Source of the DNA: an uncultured Verrucomicrobiae bacterium
Lineage (GTDB): Bacteria > Chlamydiota > Chlamydiia > Chlamydiales > Rhabdochlamydiaceae
Length of the DNA: 64,000 nt
Direction of reading: 5' to 3'
Assembly (NCBI GenBank): GCA_963806855.1
Contig: CAWDYW010000003.1
Span: 576,001-640,000 of the forward strand
The notes under the pieces are model-generated. The model was not told where the DNA came from. It did not search any database and worked only from the letters and a program-made list of their open reading frames with translations. Position 1 is the first letter of the stretch, and each line of letters opens with the position of its first letter. Of the stretch, positions 34,895 to 48,501 are shown piece by piece. A program made the translations under genes and the position numbers.

Positions 34895-35977
34895 ATGCGT
34901 ATCGGACCTATCAGCACACCTCATTTATCCGCAGTTGAATCTCCAGCTTTGCCACCTTGCAAAGTGACACCGACAGATTCTTCAATTGAGAGTTTGAAAT
35001 GTGGTCAAAAAAATAAGGTGCTCATCTATCTGACAAAAACCTATGCTTATATTAAAGAAAAATTGATCGACCTTTATGAGTGGATCCTCTCTTATTTTGT
35101 CACTGCTGAGGAAGAGGACGATGTTGGCTACTATAAACAAGCGGGCACGAGTAAAAAAGAGATCGCCTATAGGATGATCCGTAAAGGCAAAGGGACCGGA
35201 AATGTGATTCGAGTAGGTCTAAAATATTCCGACCTGGACGCAGATCACATCCCAAAAGCAAAAGACAAAACGCGATTTTCCTGACATGATCGATCAGATG
35301 ATGGATGAATGAAGGGATCGATGGGATTTAGGACGAAAAATTAATTGGAGCCCATCAACTATGGACTTGTAAGCTGCTCACCGATGACCCAGCTCAAATA
35401 CAAATTGAAGGTACGAGAGAACCTCGATAAATTCATTCGCGAGGTGATTCAAAAGGCGATGAAGAACCGGTCGTAGCTATCCGGAGTTCGCTAGACAAGC
35501 TCTCTTGCGAGTAGAAAGCATGATGATTCAAGCGATTGTGCTGCAGTTTGCCGAGGATATTGTAGATATGAGCCCTAAAGACCTCCACCAAAAGGTTGCC
35601 GATGCTAAGGGTAAAACATTTCTAGATCAATTTAATGGGGCGCTTTGCCGAGGCAGGATCGCTCAACTCGAAGCGCTATTGAATTATCAATTCGATTTGC
35701 AAGCATTAATCGACAAGCCGTTAATGATAGGCAAGAGGAATTCATTCAGTTGCTCAAAATGATTCCGTCTGAAAGAGGGGCGCCACTTGCTGATGTGTAT
35801 CCATTCGAATTCCAGATCTTGATCGAAGACCTTTTTATATTGATGGAAGCGATAAAAACTAAACTAAATAAAGCGATTGAGAAAAATAAAAAGAAACCGA
35901 TTGAGGAAAGGATTATTCGACCACTCATAGAGATTATTCAACCACTACCTACGATAACCTTTACAAAAAGGATCTAA
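34895..35977 (+). pseudogene. Fragmented hypothetical gene (or error-rich CDS)
   Basis: ORFs 34895-35284, 35505-35762 and 35645-35977 in shifting frames with intervening stops; no recognisable domain. Confidence 0.4.
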
Positions 35978-36648
35978 TGACAATGCTACGCGTATTATTG
36001 ACAACCTTGCTCTTTAGCACGGCCATTTTTGCACAACCACAAGCCCTGAACCAATTAATCTACGAAATTCGCAATCCTCGAACTGATGCCGTACACTTTA
36101 GGCAAGCTTTAGAACGAATCGGTGAAAATTTAGCTTATGATGTTTTGGAAGAGCTGGCGACAGAAGAAGTTATAGTCCAAACACTCACAGGAGTCGAGGC
36201 AAAACATTATCTTGTCGATGAGACCCCTGTTTTAGTCACGATTCTCCGAGCCGGGCTTCCACTCAATCAAGGCGTGCAAAAGGTCTTCCCAAATTCTGAA
36301 GTGGGTTTTTTGGCGATGTCGCGAAATGAAGAGACCTTAAAGGCTAAGCTCGATTATGTGGCTTTGCCCGACTTGAAAGGAAAAACAGTCATCATTTCCG
36401 ATACTATGCTCGCGACGGGTGGATCTTTGGTTGATGCGCTTAAAATCATCGAGCAAAGAGGGCCGAAGAAAATTTTTGTGATCACCGCCATTGCCGCAAA
36501 ACCGGGGATTGAGCGGCTTATTAAGCATAACTCCTCTATCAAAATCTTTGCAGCGGCGGTCGATCCCCAGTTAAATGAAAAAGGATTCATCATCCCAGGC
36601 CTTGGTGATGCAGGCGATCGGGCATATGGTAAAAAACATCACAATTGA
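35977..36648 (+). CDS. upp: Uracil phosphoribosyltransferase with a predicted signal peptide
   Basis: ILRAG, SRNEETL, DTMLATGGS, IIPGLGDAGDRAYG; N-terminus MTMLRVLLTTLLFSTAIFA. Confidence 0.93.
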   Translation: MTMLRVLLTTLLFSTAIFAQPQALNQLIYEIRNPRTDAVHFRQALERIGENLAYDVLEELATEEVIVQTLTGVEAKHYLVDETPVLVTILRAGLPLNQGVQKVFPNSEVGFLAMSRNEETLKAKLDYVALPDLKGKTVIISDTMLATGGSLVDALKIIEQRGPKKIFVITAIAAKPGIERLIKHNSSIKIFAAAVDPQLNEKGFIIPGLGDAGDRAYGKKHHN

Positions 36649-36653
36649 GGGCC

Positions 36654-37346
36654 ATGAAGAAGATTTTCCTATTATTATTGATTTCTACAGTCGCTTTTGG
36701 TTCAGATGTCATTTTGATTGCGATAGCGGGCGGCTCTGGCTCGGGAAAAACGACGATCGCCCAGAAGATTCACGAAGTTTTCGCTGAAGACAGCCTCCTG
36801 ATCTGCCAAGATTTTTACTATAAAGATCTCTCCCACATGCCTATGAAGGATCGAGAGAAATTCAATTTTGACCATCCCGATTCGATCGAGTTCTCCTTGC
36901 TGCGTGAACAGTTGCTAGCCCTTAAAAGAGGGGAGTCGGTTTCTTTGCCCCAATATGATTTTGCAAACCATGTGCGACAAAGCAAGTCTGTAATGGCCTC
37001 ACCTAAAAAGATCATCATTGTGGAAGGACTCCATCTTCTTGCGATGGCTGACCTTCGGGATCTCTTTAGTTTAAAACTCTTTATTGATACTTCTGAAGAT
37101 ATCCGGCTGATCCGCAGAATCTATCGAGATCAAGTGGAGCGAAAAAGGACTGTCCCCAGCATCTTGGAGCAATACCTAGCTACCGTCCGTCCTATGCATC
37201 TGGAATTTGTCGAGCCGAGCAAACAGTTTGCCGACTTGATCATTCCCGAAGGAGGCCAAAACCAACTGGCGCTCGATGTGATCATCGCCAAACTGAAGGT
37301 CGATCTCCAGGGGCCGGCCTATGCACTTTCCACTGTCAAGAAATAG
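36654..37346 (+). CDS. udk: Uridine/cytidine kinase with a predicted signal peptide
   Basis: AGGSGSGKTT, QDFYYK, NFDHPDS, RRIYRDQVER, VRPMH.EFVEPSK; N-terminus MKKIFLLLLISTVAFG. Confidence 0.93.
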   Translation: MKKIFLLLLISTVAFGSDVILIAIAGGSGSGKTTIAQKIHEVFAEDSLLICQDFYYKDLSHMPMKDREKFNFDHPDSIEFSLLREQLLALKRGESVSLPQYDFANHVRQSKSVMASPKKIIIVEGLHLLAMADLRDLFSLKLFIDTSEDIRLIRRIYRDQVERKRTVPSILEQYLATVRPMHLEFVEPSKQFADLIIPEGGQNQLALDVIIAKLKVDLQGPAYALSTVKK

Positions 37347-37380
37347 TCCTTTTTTCGTGCCTGTGTGGGCTCTTATTACT

Positions 37381-37731
37381 CATAAGTTTGGCATAACTTT
37401 TTGAGGTAATATAGACATGTCGGGTGACACAGCACTCCGTGTCCGGTGTCCCCCGCGACCCCTGACTGTTACCCACAACTTTTACTATGGGGAGCACTAG
37501 AAACGCGAAGCGGCTCTGTGTCCTCTGTGCCCTCTGTGGTGATAAATTTTTTTTAATTTTTACCACCCTTTCGCTTCGCTCACTAGAGAGCACAGAGGAC
37601 ACAGAGCCGCTTCGCGTAGGCCTAATTTTCTCTCTATGAAAGATATGGGTAACAGTCAGGGACACCGGACACGGAGTGCTGTGTCACCCGACATGTCTAT
37701 ATTAACCTCAAAAAGCTATGCCAAACTTATG
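37381..37731. repeat. Nested long inverted repeat (MITE/REP-like composite)
   Basis: Outer arms 37381-37475 and 37646-37731 are near-perfect reverse complements; inner 28-bp perfect arms 37503-37530 and 37590-37617. Confidence 0.9.
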
Positions 37732-37743
37732 CGGTCCCGTTTT

Positions 37744-38809
37744 TTACCAAGTCAGGTTTGAGGATGACTGGTATTCTGTGACACGCGTCTCGAAGAAGTT
37801 TTTCTCTTTTCCAAGGTCGATTGTTTCGCTCATCCAGGGGAATGGATTGCGGGCGTTTGAATAGAGGCTTTGAGCCCGATGCTTTCAAGGCGTCGATCGG
37901 CGATATACTGGACATATTCGCGGAACATCGGGGCGGTGAGGCCTAAAATGCCCCGTGGCAGGCAATCTTGCAGCATACTGGATCTCCAGCTCGACCGCTT
38001 GTTTGAACCCGATCGATGATGTGCTCTTGGAACTCGGGGGTCCACAGATTGGGGATTTTCTTCTTTGATGCCGTTGATCAGATCGATGCCGAAGTTGAGG
38101 TGGATCGTCTCGTCGCGCAGGATGTACTGGAACTGCTCGCCGATTCCTGTCATTTTATTTTGCCGGTGGAAGGAGAGGATCATCACAAATCCGCTATAGA
38201 AGAAGATCCCTTCCATGATGATGTAGTAGCCGATCAGGTTTTCAAGGAACTTCTGGGCGCCTTCGGTTGTGTGAGGTGGTGAAGCCCTCTTTCATGATAT
38301 CTGCAGTCAGTTTCATCTCGAAGTCATCTTTCGCGTGGATCGAGTTGATCTCGTTGTACATGTTGAAGATCTCCCCTTGGTCGAGGGCGAGCGATTCGAC
38401 GATGTAGTGGAAGGTGTGGGTGTGGATCGCCTCTTCAAAAGCTTGGCGGAGCAGATATTGGCGCACTTCGGGGTTGGTCACATGCTTAAAGATCGCAAGG
38501 GCGATGTTGTTGCCAACTAGGCTTTCTGCTGTGCTGAAAAACCCTAAGTTGCGCATGATCACGCGCTTTTCATCTTCGCTCAAGGTATTCGATTTCCAAA
38601 TCTCGATATCTTTGCCCATCGGCACTTCGGTCGGCATCCAATGGTTGGCGCAGCCGTTGAGATAGTGTTCCCAGGCCCATTTGTATTTGAGGGGCATGAG
38701 CTGGTTGACGTCGACCTGGTTGCAGTTGATCAGTCGTTTTTCATCGACTTTTACCCGTTTGTCCTTATGTCCTTTTCGTTCTTGTTTTTGACTCTTCAAA
38801 TGTCAACAT
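37744..38809 (-). CDS. nrdB: Ribonucleotide reductase R2, class Ic (Mn/Fe) type (multiple frameshifts)
   Basis: [18 protein letters not shown] (Phe at the radical-Tyr position), [17 protein letters not shown]-terminal [10 protein letters not shown]. Confidence 0.92.
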
Positions 38810-38820
38810 GTTTATCTCCT

Positions 38821-42002
<3,182 letters not shown>

Positions 42003-42040
42003 TGGGAGGGCTCCTTAAAACCTTGATTGTTAACGGGCGT

Positions 42041-42087
42041 CTACTACATCTGGTAGTCTTTATATCTATAAACACTATATATAGTAG
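42041..42087. promoter_or_regulatory. Tandem NrdR boxes upstream of nrdA
   Basis: ctactacatctggtag(42041-42056) and acactatatatagtag(42072-42087), 31 bp apart, resembling the consensus acaCwAtATaTwGtgt. Confidence 0.75.
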
Positions 42088-42175
42088 CTGAATTCTTTTC
42101 GTCCACAAAATTTTTTTTTCTCTATGGAAAGAATTATATGGCCAAGAGACAGCGGCTTTGGCTATGATGAGCGGC

Positions 42176-43006
42176 ATGAGAAGAATCTATATTGTACCAA
42201 ATCTCATCACCGCTTTTAGCCTCGCTTCGGGCCTCTTTGTCATCTTCAAAACCAACATGATTGAACCGGGGATGGAGACCTACAAATCACTGCTCACCTC
42301 GACACTCATTCTGCTCCTCGCCGCTTTTGCCGACTGGGTCGATGGAGCTGTTGCACGGGCGATGCATGCCGAAAGCGAATTTGGCGTCCTCTTTGATTCG
42401 CTGTCCGATGCCGTCACATTTGGTGTCGCCCCATCGGTCCTCATGCTCAAAAATCTTTCGCTCGAAAGGGGAACGCCCCTCTCCTTTTATGCAATGATCG
42501 GCGCGATGCTTTTTTCCATTTGCGGTATCTTGCGCCTTGTCCGATTCAACGTGCTCCAAGCGCAACTGAAAAAACTGCCGAAACATGCGCAGAAAAAATA
42601 TCGGCACTTCACTGGCTTGCCGATCCCAGCCGCTGCTCTCACCCTCGTGGGCACTAACCTCCTTTTCGCCTATTCCCGTTTTGAAGCGTGGACCAATTGG
42701 AGCGAAGCGACACAAACCCTCATCATCGTCTCTGTCGCCATATTCATCGGATACCTGATGGTCAGCCACATCAAATATCCGAGCGCTAAAATGCTCCATT
42801 TTCGGGTTCCCTCCCTTCAATTAATCCCCTTGGCAGTCTTTGTCGCGTTTTTCCTGATTTACGGCTTCCTCTATTTCTTTCCACTCGCACTCTGCTTGCT
42901 CACCTGGGTCTATATTGTGACCGGCTTAAGCCTGCTCGTCATGCGCATGATTGTCGGAAAGAAATCGAAGATGTTTGTCGACTTTGAGCCAAATCATGAT
43001 GATTGA
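42176..43006 (+). CDS. pssA: CDP-diacylglycerol-serine O-phosphatidyltransferase
   Basis: PNLIT, D..DG.VAR....S.FG..FDSLSD, LRLVRFN, FTGLPIP. Confidence 0.9.
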   Translation: MRRIYIVPNLITAFSLASGLFVIFKTNMIEPGMETYKSLLTSTLILLLAAFADWVDGAVARAMHAESEFGVLFDSLSDAVTFGVAPSVLMLKNLSLERGTPLSFYAMIGAMLFSICGILRLVRFNVLQAQLKKLPKHAQKKYRHFTGLPIPAAALTLVGTNLLFAYSRFEAWTNWSEATQTLIIVSVAIFIGYLMVSHIKYPSAKMLHFRVPSLQLIPLAVFVAFFLIYGFLYFFPLALCLLTWVYIVTGLSLLVMRMIVGKKSKMFVDFEPNHDD

Positions 43007-44214
43007 ACACATCATCATCATCATTCTCGCCGCCCTCTCCCTCTTCCTCCTTTGGAGAGTGCAAAAATGGAAATTGCAGTGGCACCTCACTCAAGAGAAT
43101 TTGCAGTTTGCCAAAAAGAGCCACGAAGAGGTGAAAGAGGCCTTCGCCGCACTCTCCCACGACGCCCTCGAAAAGAACAACCGAGCCTTCCTCGATCTTG
43201 CCAAAACCAGCTTAGAGAAGTTCCAAGAGAGGGCCAAGCACGACCTCGACAAGCGGGAAAAGTCGATCCACGACCTAGTCAAACCGGTGAAAGAGACCCT
43301 CGGCAAGCTCGACGAAGGGTTAAACAAGCTCGAAAAAGAGCGGAAAGGGGACCACTTCTCCCTCAAGACACAAGTCAATACACTGACAAAAGAAACCAGC
43401 AACCTGGTCAAAGCTCTCAGAACCCCGCTGGCGCGCGGCCGTTGGGGAGAAATCCAGCTGCGCCGAGTCGTCGAAATGGCCGGGATGCTCAACCATTGCG
43501 ACTTCTTCGAGCAAACGACAGCCGACGAGGGTGGCTTTCGATCCCGATCTGATCATCAAACTCGCCGGTGGGCGCCAAGTGATCATCGACGCCAAGGTCC
43601 CCCTTGAATCCTACCTCGACGCCATCCAAACTGAAGACGACCTGGTCCGCGAAGCCAAGTTCAAAGACCACGCCCGCGCCGTCCGCAATCACATCGCCGC
43701 CCTCTCGAAGAAATCGTACCATCAGCACTTCACCCCCACCCCCGAGTTCGTCATCCTCTTCCTCCCTTCCGAGACCTTTTTCAGCGCCGCCCTCGAGCAC
43801 GACCCCTCCCTCATCGAACTAGGCGCCGACCAAGGGGTGATCGTCGCCACCCCGACCACCCTCATCGCCCTCCTCCGAGCCGTCGCCTACGGATGGAAGC
43901 AGGAGAACCTCTCCCGCCATGCAGAGCTAGTGAGCCAGCTCGGCCATGAGCTCTATAAGCGGATCGTCGACATGACCACCCACTTCAGCAAAATGGGCCG
44001 CTCCCTCACGACCGCCGTCGATGCCTATAATAAGGGGATTGGATCGCTCGAGAGTCGGGTCCTGGTGACTGCCCGGAAGTTTAAAGAATTAGGGGCCGCC
44101 TCCAGAGAACTCGAGATCGAAGATCAAGAATTTGTGGAGAAGATCCCAAGGGAGCTTGAAATGGTTAAAGAAGAAAGCCTCTCTGCCATAGAAGACGAGA
44201 GAGGCTCGAGTTAG
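42996..44214 (+). CDS. rmuC: DNA recombination protein RmuC (frameshift near 43540)
   Basis: RGRWGEIQL, PDLII...IIDAKVPL, ATPTTLIALLRAVAYGWKQE. Confidence 0.93.
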
Positions 44215-44230
44215 GGGGTAATGGGCGTGA

Positions 44231-44743
44231 TTAGATGGTCACAGGGCGAATATAGCCTGTTAGCACCGCTGCTGTATAAAGAACTACCGCGCCGCATGTT
44301 AACACAGTTGAAGTCGTTGGTAAAACGGACTTGAGCTTAGCAACATTAGTATTGAAAACTGACTTGCGTTGCAGTATCAATTTTTTGAATCGCAATTCCC
44401 ATGTTTGTCATTAAAAACATTTGTATTAAGATGATGACTGCGTCTGATGTGTTTATATTTTTTAGCATTCGATCTTTAAGTGCGTGAGGTTCTTGCTGAT
44501 TTGTGTTAATTGCTCAGAATTTATTCCTTTGAACACATCTGGTATTGCTGTCAGGTCGGCGAGCATTTTTGCGGCAGTCAGGATTTCGTCCGTTCTTTCT
44601 GCAGCTCTGTTGCCGAATAGACTTCCACCGCAACCTCTATTTACGATATACAATCTACCTTTCTCGTCGCCACTTAGATTAAAGTTTTCTGCAAAATTAG
44701 GGTCAGCAAGTTGATTAAAAAATTCAACTGGATTGTGTGACAT
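44231..44743 (-). CDS. Hypothetical protein, copy 1 of a tandem duplication (frameshifted)
   Basis: LADPNFAENFNL shared with copy 2; the C-terminal hydrophobic segment is also shared. Confidence 0.5.
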
Positions 44744-44928
44744 ACGATTACTCCTTTTTAAATTAAAATTTTAATTACAAGTTACTTAATATGTTAATAA
44801 ACATAATTAATCTTAGTTAAATTATACTAAATTAATTAATTTTATGGAAGCATTATTTTTAATTTAAAAAATAAAGCCTCTCCGCCATAGAAGGCGAGAG
44901 AGGCTCGAGTTAGGGGGAGTGGCTGTTA

Positions 44929-45425
44929 TTAGATGAGCACGGGGGGATATAGCCCTGTTAGCACCGCTGCTGTATAAAGAAGGCCTGCGCCGCATGTTAA
45001 CACAGTTGAAGTCGTTGGTAAAACGGATTTGATCTTGGCAAAATAAGAATTTGCATAATCAGCATTTCGAATCGCAGTTTCCATTTTTGTAGCCACAAAA
45101 GCTAAAGCCATAGCATTAAGTGGTCCACGGTCTTATCTAATGGGTCTACATTTTCTATCATTCTAGCTTGGAGTATCTTCAAGTTCTTGCTAAATTGTGT
45201 TAATTCATTAGAATTTAGTCCTTTGAACACATTTGGCCTTTCTGATATTTCGGCTAGTTTCTTTGCAGCAAGGAGGATCTCGGCCTCTCTTTCTGCAGAG
45301 CTGCCCAATAGGCTTCTACCGCTTTTTCTATTCACGATATCCAATCCGCCCTTGATGTTGCCGTTTAAATTAAAGTTTTCAGCAAAATTAGGTTCGGCAA
45401 TTTTTTTTAAAAAAACACTTGACAT
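44929..45425 (-). CDS. Hypothetical protein, copy 2 of a tandem duplication (frameshift near 45105)
   Basis: IAEPNFAENFNL...; C-terminal TM segment VLTCGAGLLYTAAVLTGLY. Confidence 0.55.
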
Positions 45426-45620
45426 ATGATTACTCCTTTTTAAATTAAAATTTTAATTATAAGTTACTTAATTTATTAGTAATTGTTATTAAGTTTAGTT
45501 AAATTATACTAAATTAATTAATTCTATGGAAGCATTATTTTAATTGTATTCAACTAATTGATATTAAGATTGTTAGTCTAAAGAAATTTGTATAGATAGG
45601 ATGGTTCTGGAATAAAATAT

Positions 45621-45649
45621 TTGACAGTGTGCCATAAAAATGGTACAGT
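45621..45649 (+). promoter_or_regulatory. Toxin-antitoxin operon promoter with an overlapping palindromic operator
   Basis: TTGACA-17 nt-TACAGT with an extended TG; spacer palindrome tgtgccat-aaaa-atggtaca. Confidence 0.7.
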
Positions 45650-45680
45650 TGATATTTTCATCTTTAAAGAAGAGAGCTGT

Positions 45681-46202
45681 ATGAAAGAATACGTGGCTTA
45701 TGAAGGGAATGAATTCACGATTGAGTGGTATTATAATGAAAAAGGGGAGTCGAATGCTCTGGAGTTTTTTCTAAAACAGTCAAAGGTTCAACAGCGGAGA
45801 GCGTTAGGTCTCTTTAAATTAATGGGTGATCTGGGAAAAGTTTTTGATAAAACCAAATTTAGGAATGAAGAGGATAAAATTTACGCTTTTAAACCCCAGC
45901 CTGATCGTTATTTATGCTTTTTCTTTCGAGGGAAGAAAATAATTGTAACCAATGCTTTTACGAAGAAAACTCAGAAACTCCCAGACGGAGAAAAAGATCT
46001 AGCGCTTAAAGCATTTGCAAGCTATGAAAAAAGAGTTATACCGAAACAAACTGAAGAATCGGTTTTCGATGGCGTCGGCTTGGCTACAAATTTTGGGTCT
46101 TCGCTCGCGCCGCAGTTTAGAACAATGTCGCTCGCTCCAGACTCGAAAATTTGTGCCGCCTCCTTGTCGAATTCCCGATTCTTCAGGTTGTTTCGGTATT
46201 AG
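45681..46202 (+). CDS. RelE/ParE-family (HigB/Gp49-like) toxin with an element-derived C-terminal extension
   Basis: KIYAFKPQPDRYLCFF, IIVTNAFTKKTQKLP; toxin-first gene order. Confidence 0.85.
   Translation: MKEYVAYEGNEFTIEWYYNEKGESNALEFFLKQSKVQQRRALGLFKLMGDLGKVFDKTKFRNEEDKIYAFKPQPDRYLCFFFRGKKIIVTNAFTKKTQKLPDGEKDLALKAFASYEKRVIPKQTEESVFDGVGLATNFGSSLAPQFRTMSLAPDSKICAASLSNSRFFRLFRY
46038..46199. mobile_element. 162-bp palindromic MITE-like element
   Basis: 25-bp terminal inverted repeats ataccgaaacaa(a/c)ctgaagaatcgg with one mismatch, plus internal complementary arms. Confidence 0.75.
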
Positions 46203-46215
46203 GAGAAATCATATT

Positions 46216-46524
46216 ATGAAGAAGAAAGCTAAATCGACATACGAAAAATTCATAGAAGACAAAAAGCAAAAAAGACTCCTAAATAGAGAATATAGAGAAC
46301 TATTAATATCTGAACTGTTGCTTGCTGCTATGGAAGAAGATCATCTCTCGGTGAGAAAATTGGCTGCAGAAGCGGAAGTATCCCCTACAATCATTCAAAG
46401 TTTAAAATCCGGCAAGAAGACCAATATCACAATTGATACTTTATCAAGAATCTTAGACGTGATTGACTATCAGATTGTTCTGGTCCCTAAAAAAGGGACT
46501 GGAAAGCGACTGAAGATGGCTTGA
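46216..46524 (+). CDS. Xre/HigA-type HTH antitoxin
   Basis: LSVRKLAAEAEVSPTIIQSLKSG..NITIDTL; AGGAG ribosome-binding site. Confidence 0.85.
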   Translation: MKKKAKSTYEKFIEDKKQKRLLNREYRELLISELLLAAMEEDHLSVRKLAAEAEVSPTIIQSLKSGKKTNITIDTLSRILDVIDYQIVLVPKKGTGKRLKMA

Positions 46525-47292
46525 TCTAAATTTTTCCAGCCACTCCTCAGAAACGCCTGCCTTTAGCCGATTCTCCTCTTGGAAGATCGGCCCTCTGGCT
46601 CGCGTTGGGGGCAAATTGGGTGGAAGAGCTTTAATCCATGCGTCCCATTGGGGGAGGCCTGGATCTTTAAGCTTTTTCAGCCAGTTCCAGCCGAAGGAGA
46701 CGTGAGCGATTTCATCCCTCAAAATCTGCTGCATTAGCTGTGCCGATTGCTCATCGTCATTAGCGGAGAAGGCGGCTCCATAGAGGGGGGCGAAGTCGAG
46801 GTTGGCCATCTCGAAGGTGAGGCTCATCACGCTGATATATTGATCTGGGGTGCGTAGGTGGGGTGTATAGGCCCAGAAGTGCTTATAGAGAGGGAGATCG
46901 CCAAATTTCATCCCTAATCGTTCTAATTGGGCAATATAGAGGCGGACATGCTCTTGCTCTTCGCGCAGGGTGTTGGCGACGCCGCGGCGGAAGTGCTTGG
47001 GGGCGTCTGGATAGGCGAGGAGGGCGTAGGCCATGATCTCGACTGCGAGCAGCTCGTGGCCGGCAAAACGGTGGAGGCAAGCAGCTCGGTTATCAGGTTT
47101 ATGCAACTCGTGCAGCTTGGGGAGTTTGTCTTTGCGGCAGTGCTTGTGAAAATGCATGCCATTGGGGCGGGTCGGCTCTTTCCAAAAAACTGAAGAGCCT
47201 GGCTCATTGTCGGTCAATGCTCCAGGCTCTAGAAGTTTTTCAGCAAGTGTATCGGCGCTCAGGATGCGCGTTGCCCACTCACGGAGTTCCAT
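46453..47292 (-). CDS. DUF455-family ferritin-like protein
   Basis: LH.FA.HELLA.E, REEQEH, FEMANLD, RDEIAHV. Confidence 0.8.
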   Translation of the reverse strand: MELREWATRILSADTLAEKLLEPGALTDNEPGSSVFWKEPTRPNGMHFHKHCRKDKLPKLHELHKPDNRAACLHRFAGHELLAVEIMAYALLAYPDAPKHFRRGVANTLREEQEHVRLYIAQLERLGMKFGDLPLYKHFWAYTPHLRTPDQYISVMSLTFEMANLDFAPLYGAAFSANDDEQSAQLMQQILRDEIAHVSFGWNWLKKLKDPGLPQWDAWIKALPPNLPPTRARGPIFQEENRLKAGVSEEWLEKFRSSHLQSLSSPFFRDQNNLIVNHV

Positions 47293-47300
47293 AGGAAGTT

Positions 47301-48501
47301 TTATTCCACTTCAAGGACATAATAGGCGGGGAAGGCGAAGTTATGATTTGATCGAGGAGAGCAAATCAAGGTCACCTTTTTACCTACATAATCTTCGAGG
47401 TTGACAACAGTACTATAGACATATGCGACGGGAAGATTTTTATTCTTCACAACAAAGTCGCCAGGTCGATTTTTCACTGGTGTCTTATAGGCTTCAACAA
47501 CGCCTGAAATCGTCGCAGCTGCGAGCCTTTGCTCTTCATAGAAGCTCTCTTTCTCTTGCTGATCGTGCAGAGCTGCCCAATTGGAGTAGAGTCCTTGTTC
47601 GATGTTCTCCCACATGTGGACTTCCTTGACTGCTTTGGAGCGCGACAGTTTGTCCGGAAGAGGTGCTGATAGGGGAGCCAACGGAAGCTTTTTGCTCAAG
47701 GTAGGCGATCCGTTTTTGCAGGTATTCATCTTGGACTGTAGCCAGGGATTCTTTCGCTTTTTCAGCTACTTGCGGGAAGTCGTTATAGTCGTTGATAACG
47801 GTTAAAAATCCTTGCTTGACTCGCTCAAAGTTGATCTCTTCAAAGGGGTTTTGCATTTCTGATTGAGAAAAGAGTCTGGCTGCTTCGAAATATTGCTCGA
47901 CAGTGTGCTTGCGATTTTCCATTTTCGCTTTATATTCAGGGCCGCCTGCTTTTTCAATGAAGTCTTTGGCGACATAGAAATGGGTATTGGCTGGTGGGGA
48001 GATTTCGAGCCATTTCTTATTCGCTTCGCTGACGATGCCTTCTACTCTGTCTCCAGAATTGAGGTGGCCGATCACAGGAGCTTCAAGATCAGGTTCAAGG
48101 CGGACGTTGACTCGGTTGCCCTCGACGACATTGTCGATCACAAAGCTGCGGAACACATAAGCTTTAAATGATTCAGGTGGCTCGATGGCGTAAAAGTCGC
48201 CCTCTTGGTTGGTCACTTTGATAAAATCATTTTTCACCAGCTCTTTGACGATGTGGCCATTGAGGTCGGGCTGAAGACGCATTCTCACTTTATTGGCAAC
48301 TACTCTGCCAGTGAAAGGGGAAAAGACTGTTTTCACCACCGGGCGACGAGGAGATTGTCCATCTGTCTGCGCGGTGAGTTGGATATCTGAGACATCGATT
48401 TGAATTTCGCTCATTTGAGTTTCTTGTGGAGCGACGGGATTTATCTCTGCAAATCCCATGGTAAATGTCAGCGTGCTCAATAAAGCAAAAATTTTTGACA
48501 T
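47301..48501 (-). CDS. Exported SH3-domain protein (CT017-like; frameshift near 47640)
   Basis: Signal peptide; two SH3b-like repeats (KVRMRLQPDL, VNVRLEPDL); C-terminal NHNFAFPAYYVLEVE. Confidence 0.75.

Larger units (their letters stand above)
44174..45545. repeat. About 690-bp tandem duplication (two units)
   Basis: Units 44174-44863 and 44873-45545 share a terminator-like hairpin, the gene and the AT-rich upstream region. Confidence 0.85.

Noticed and set aside
37336..37665. 109-aa minus-strand ORF (SPQRAQRTQSR)
   Set aside because: It is a translation of the palindromic repeat, not a credible gene.
46015..46215. N-terminal extension of the antitoxin ORF from TTG 46015
   Set aside because: It arises only because the inserted element is stop-free; AGGAG plus ATG at 46216 is the plausible start.
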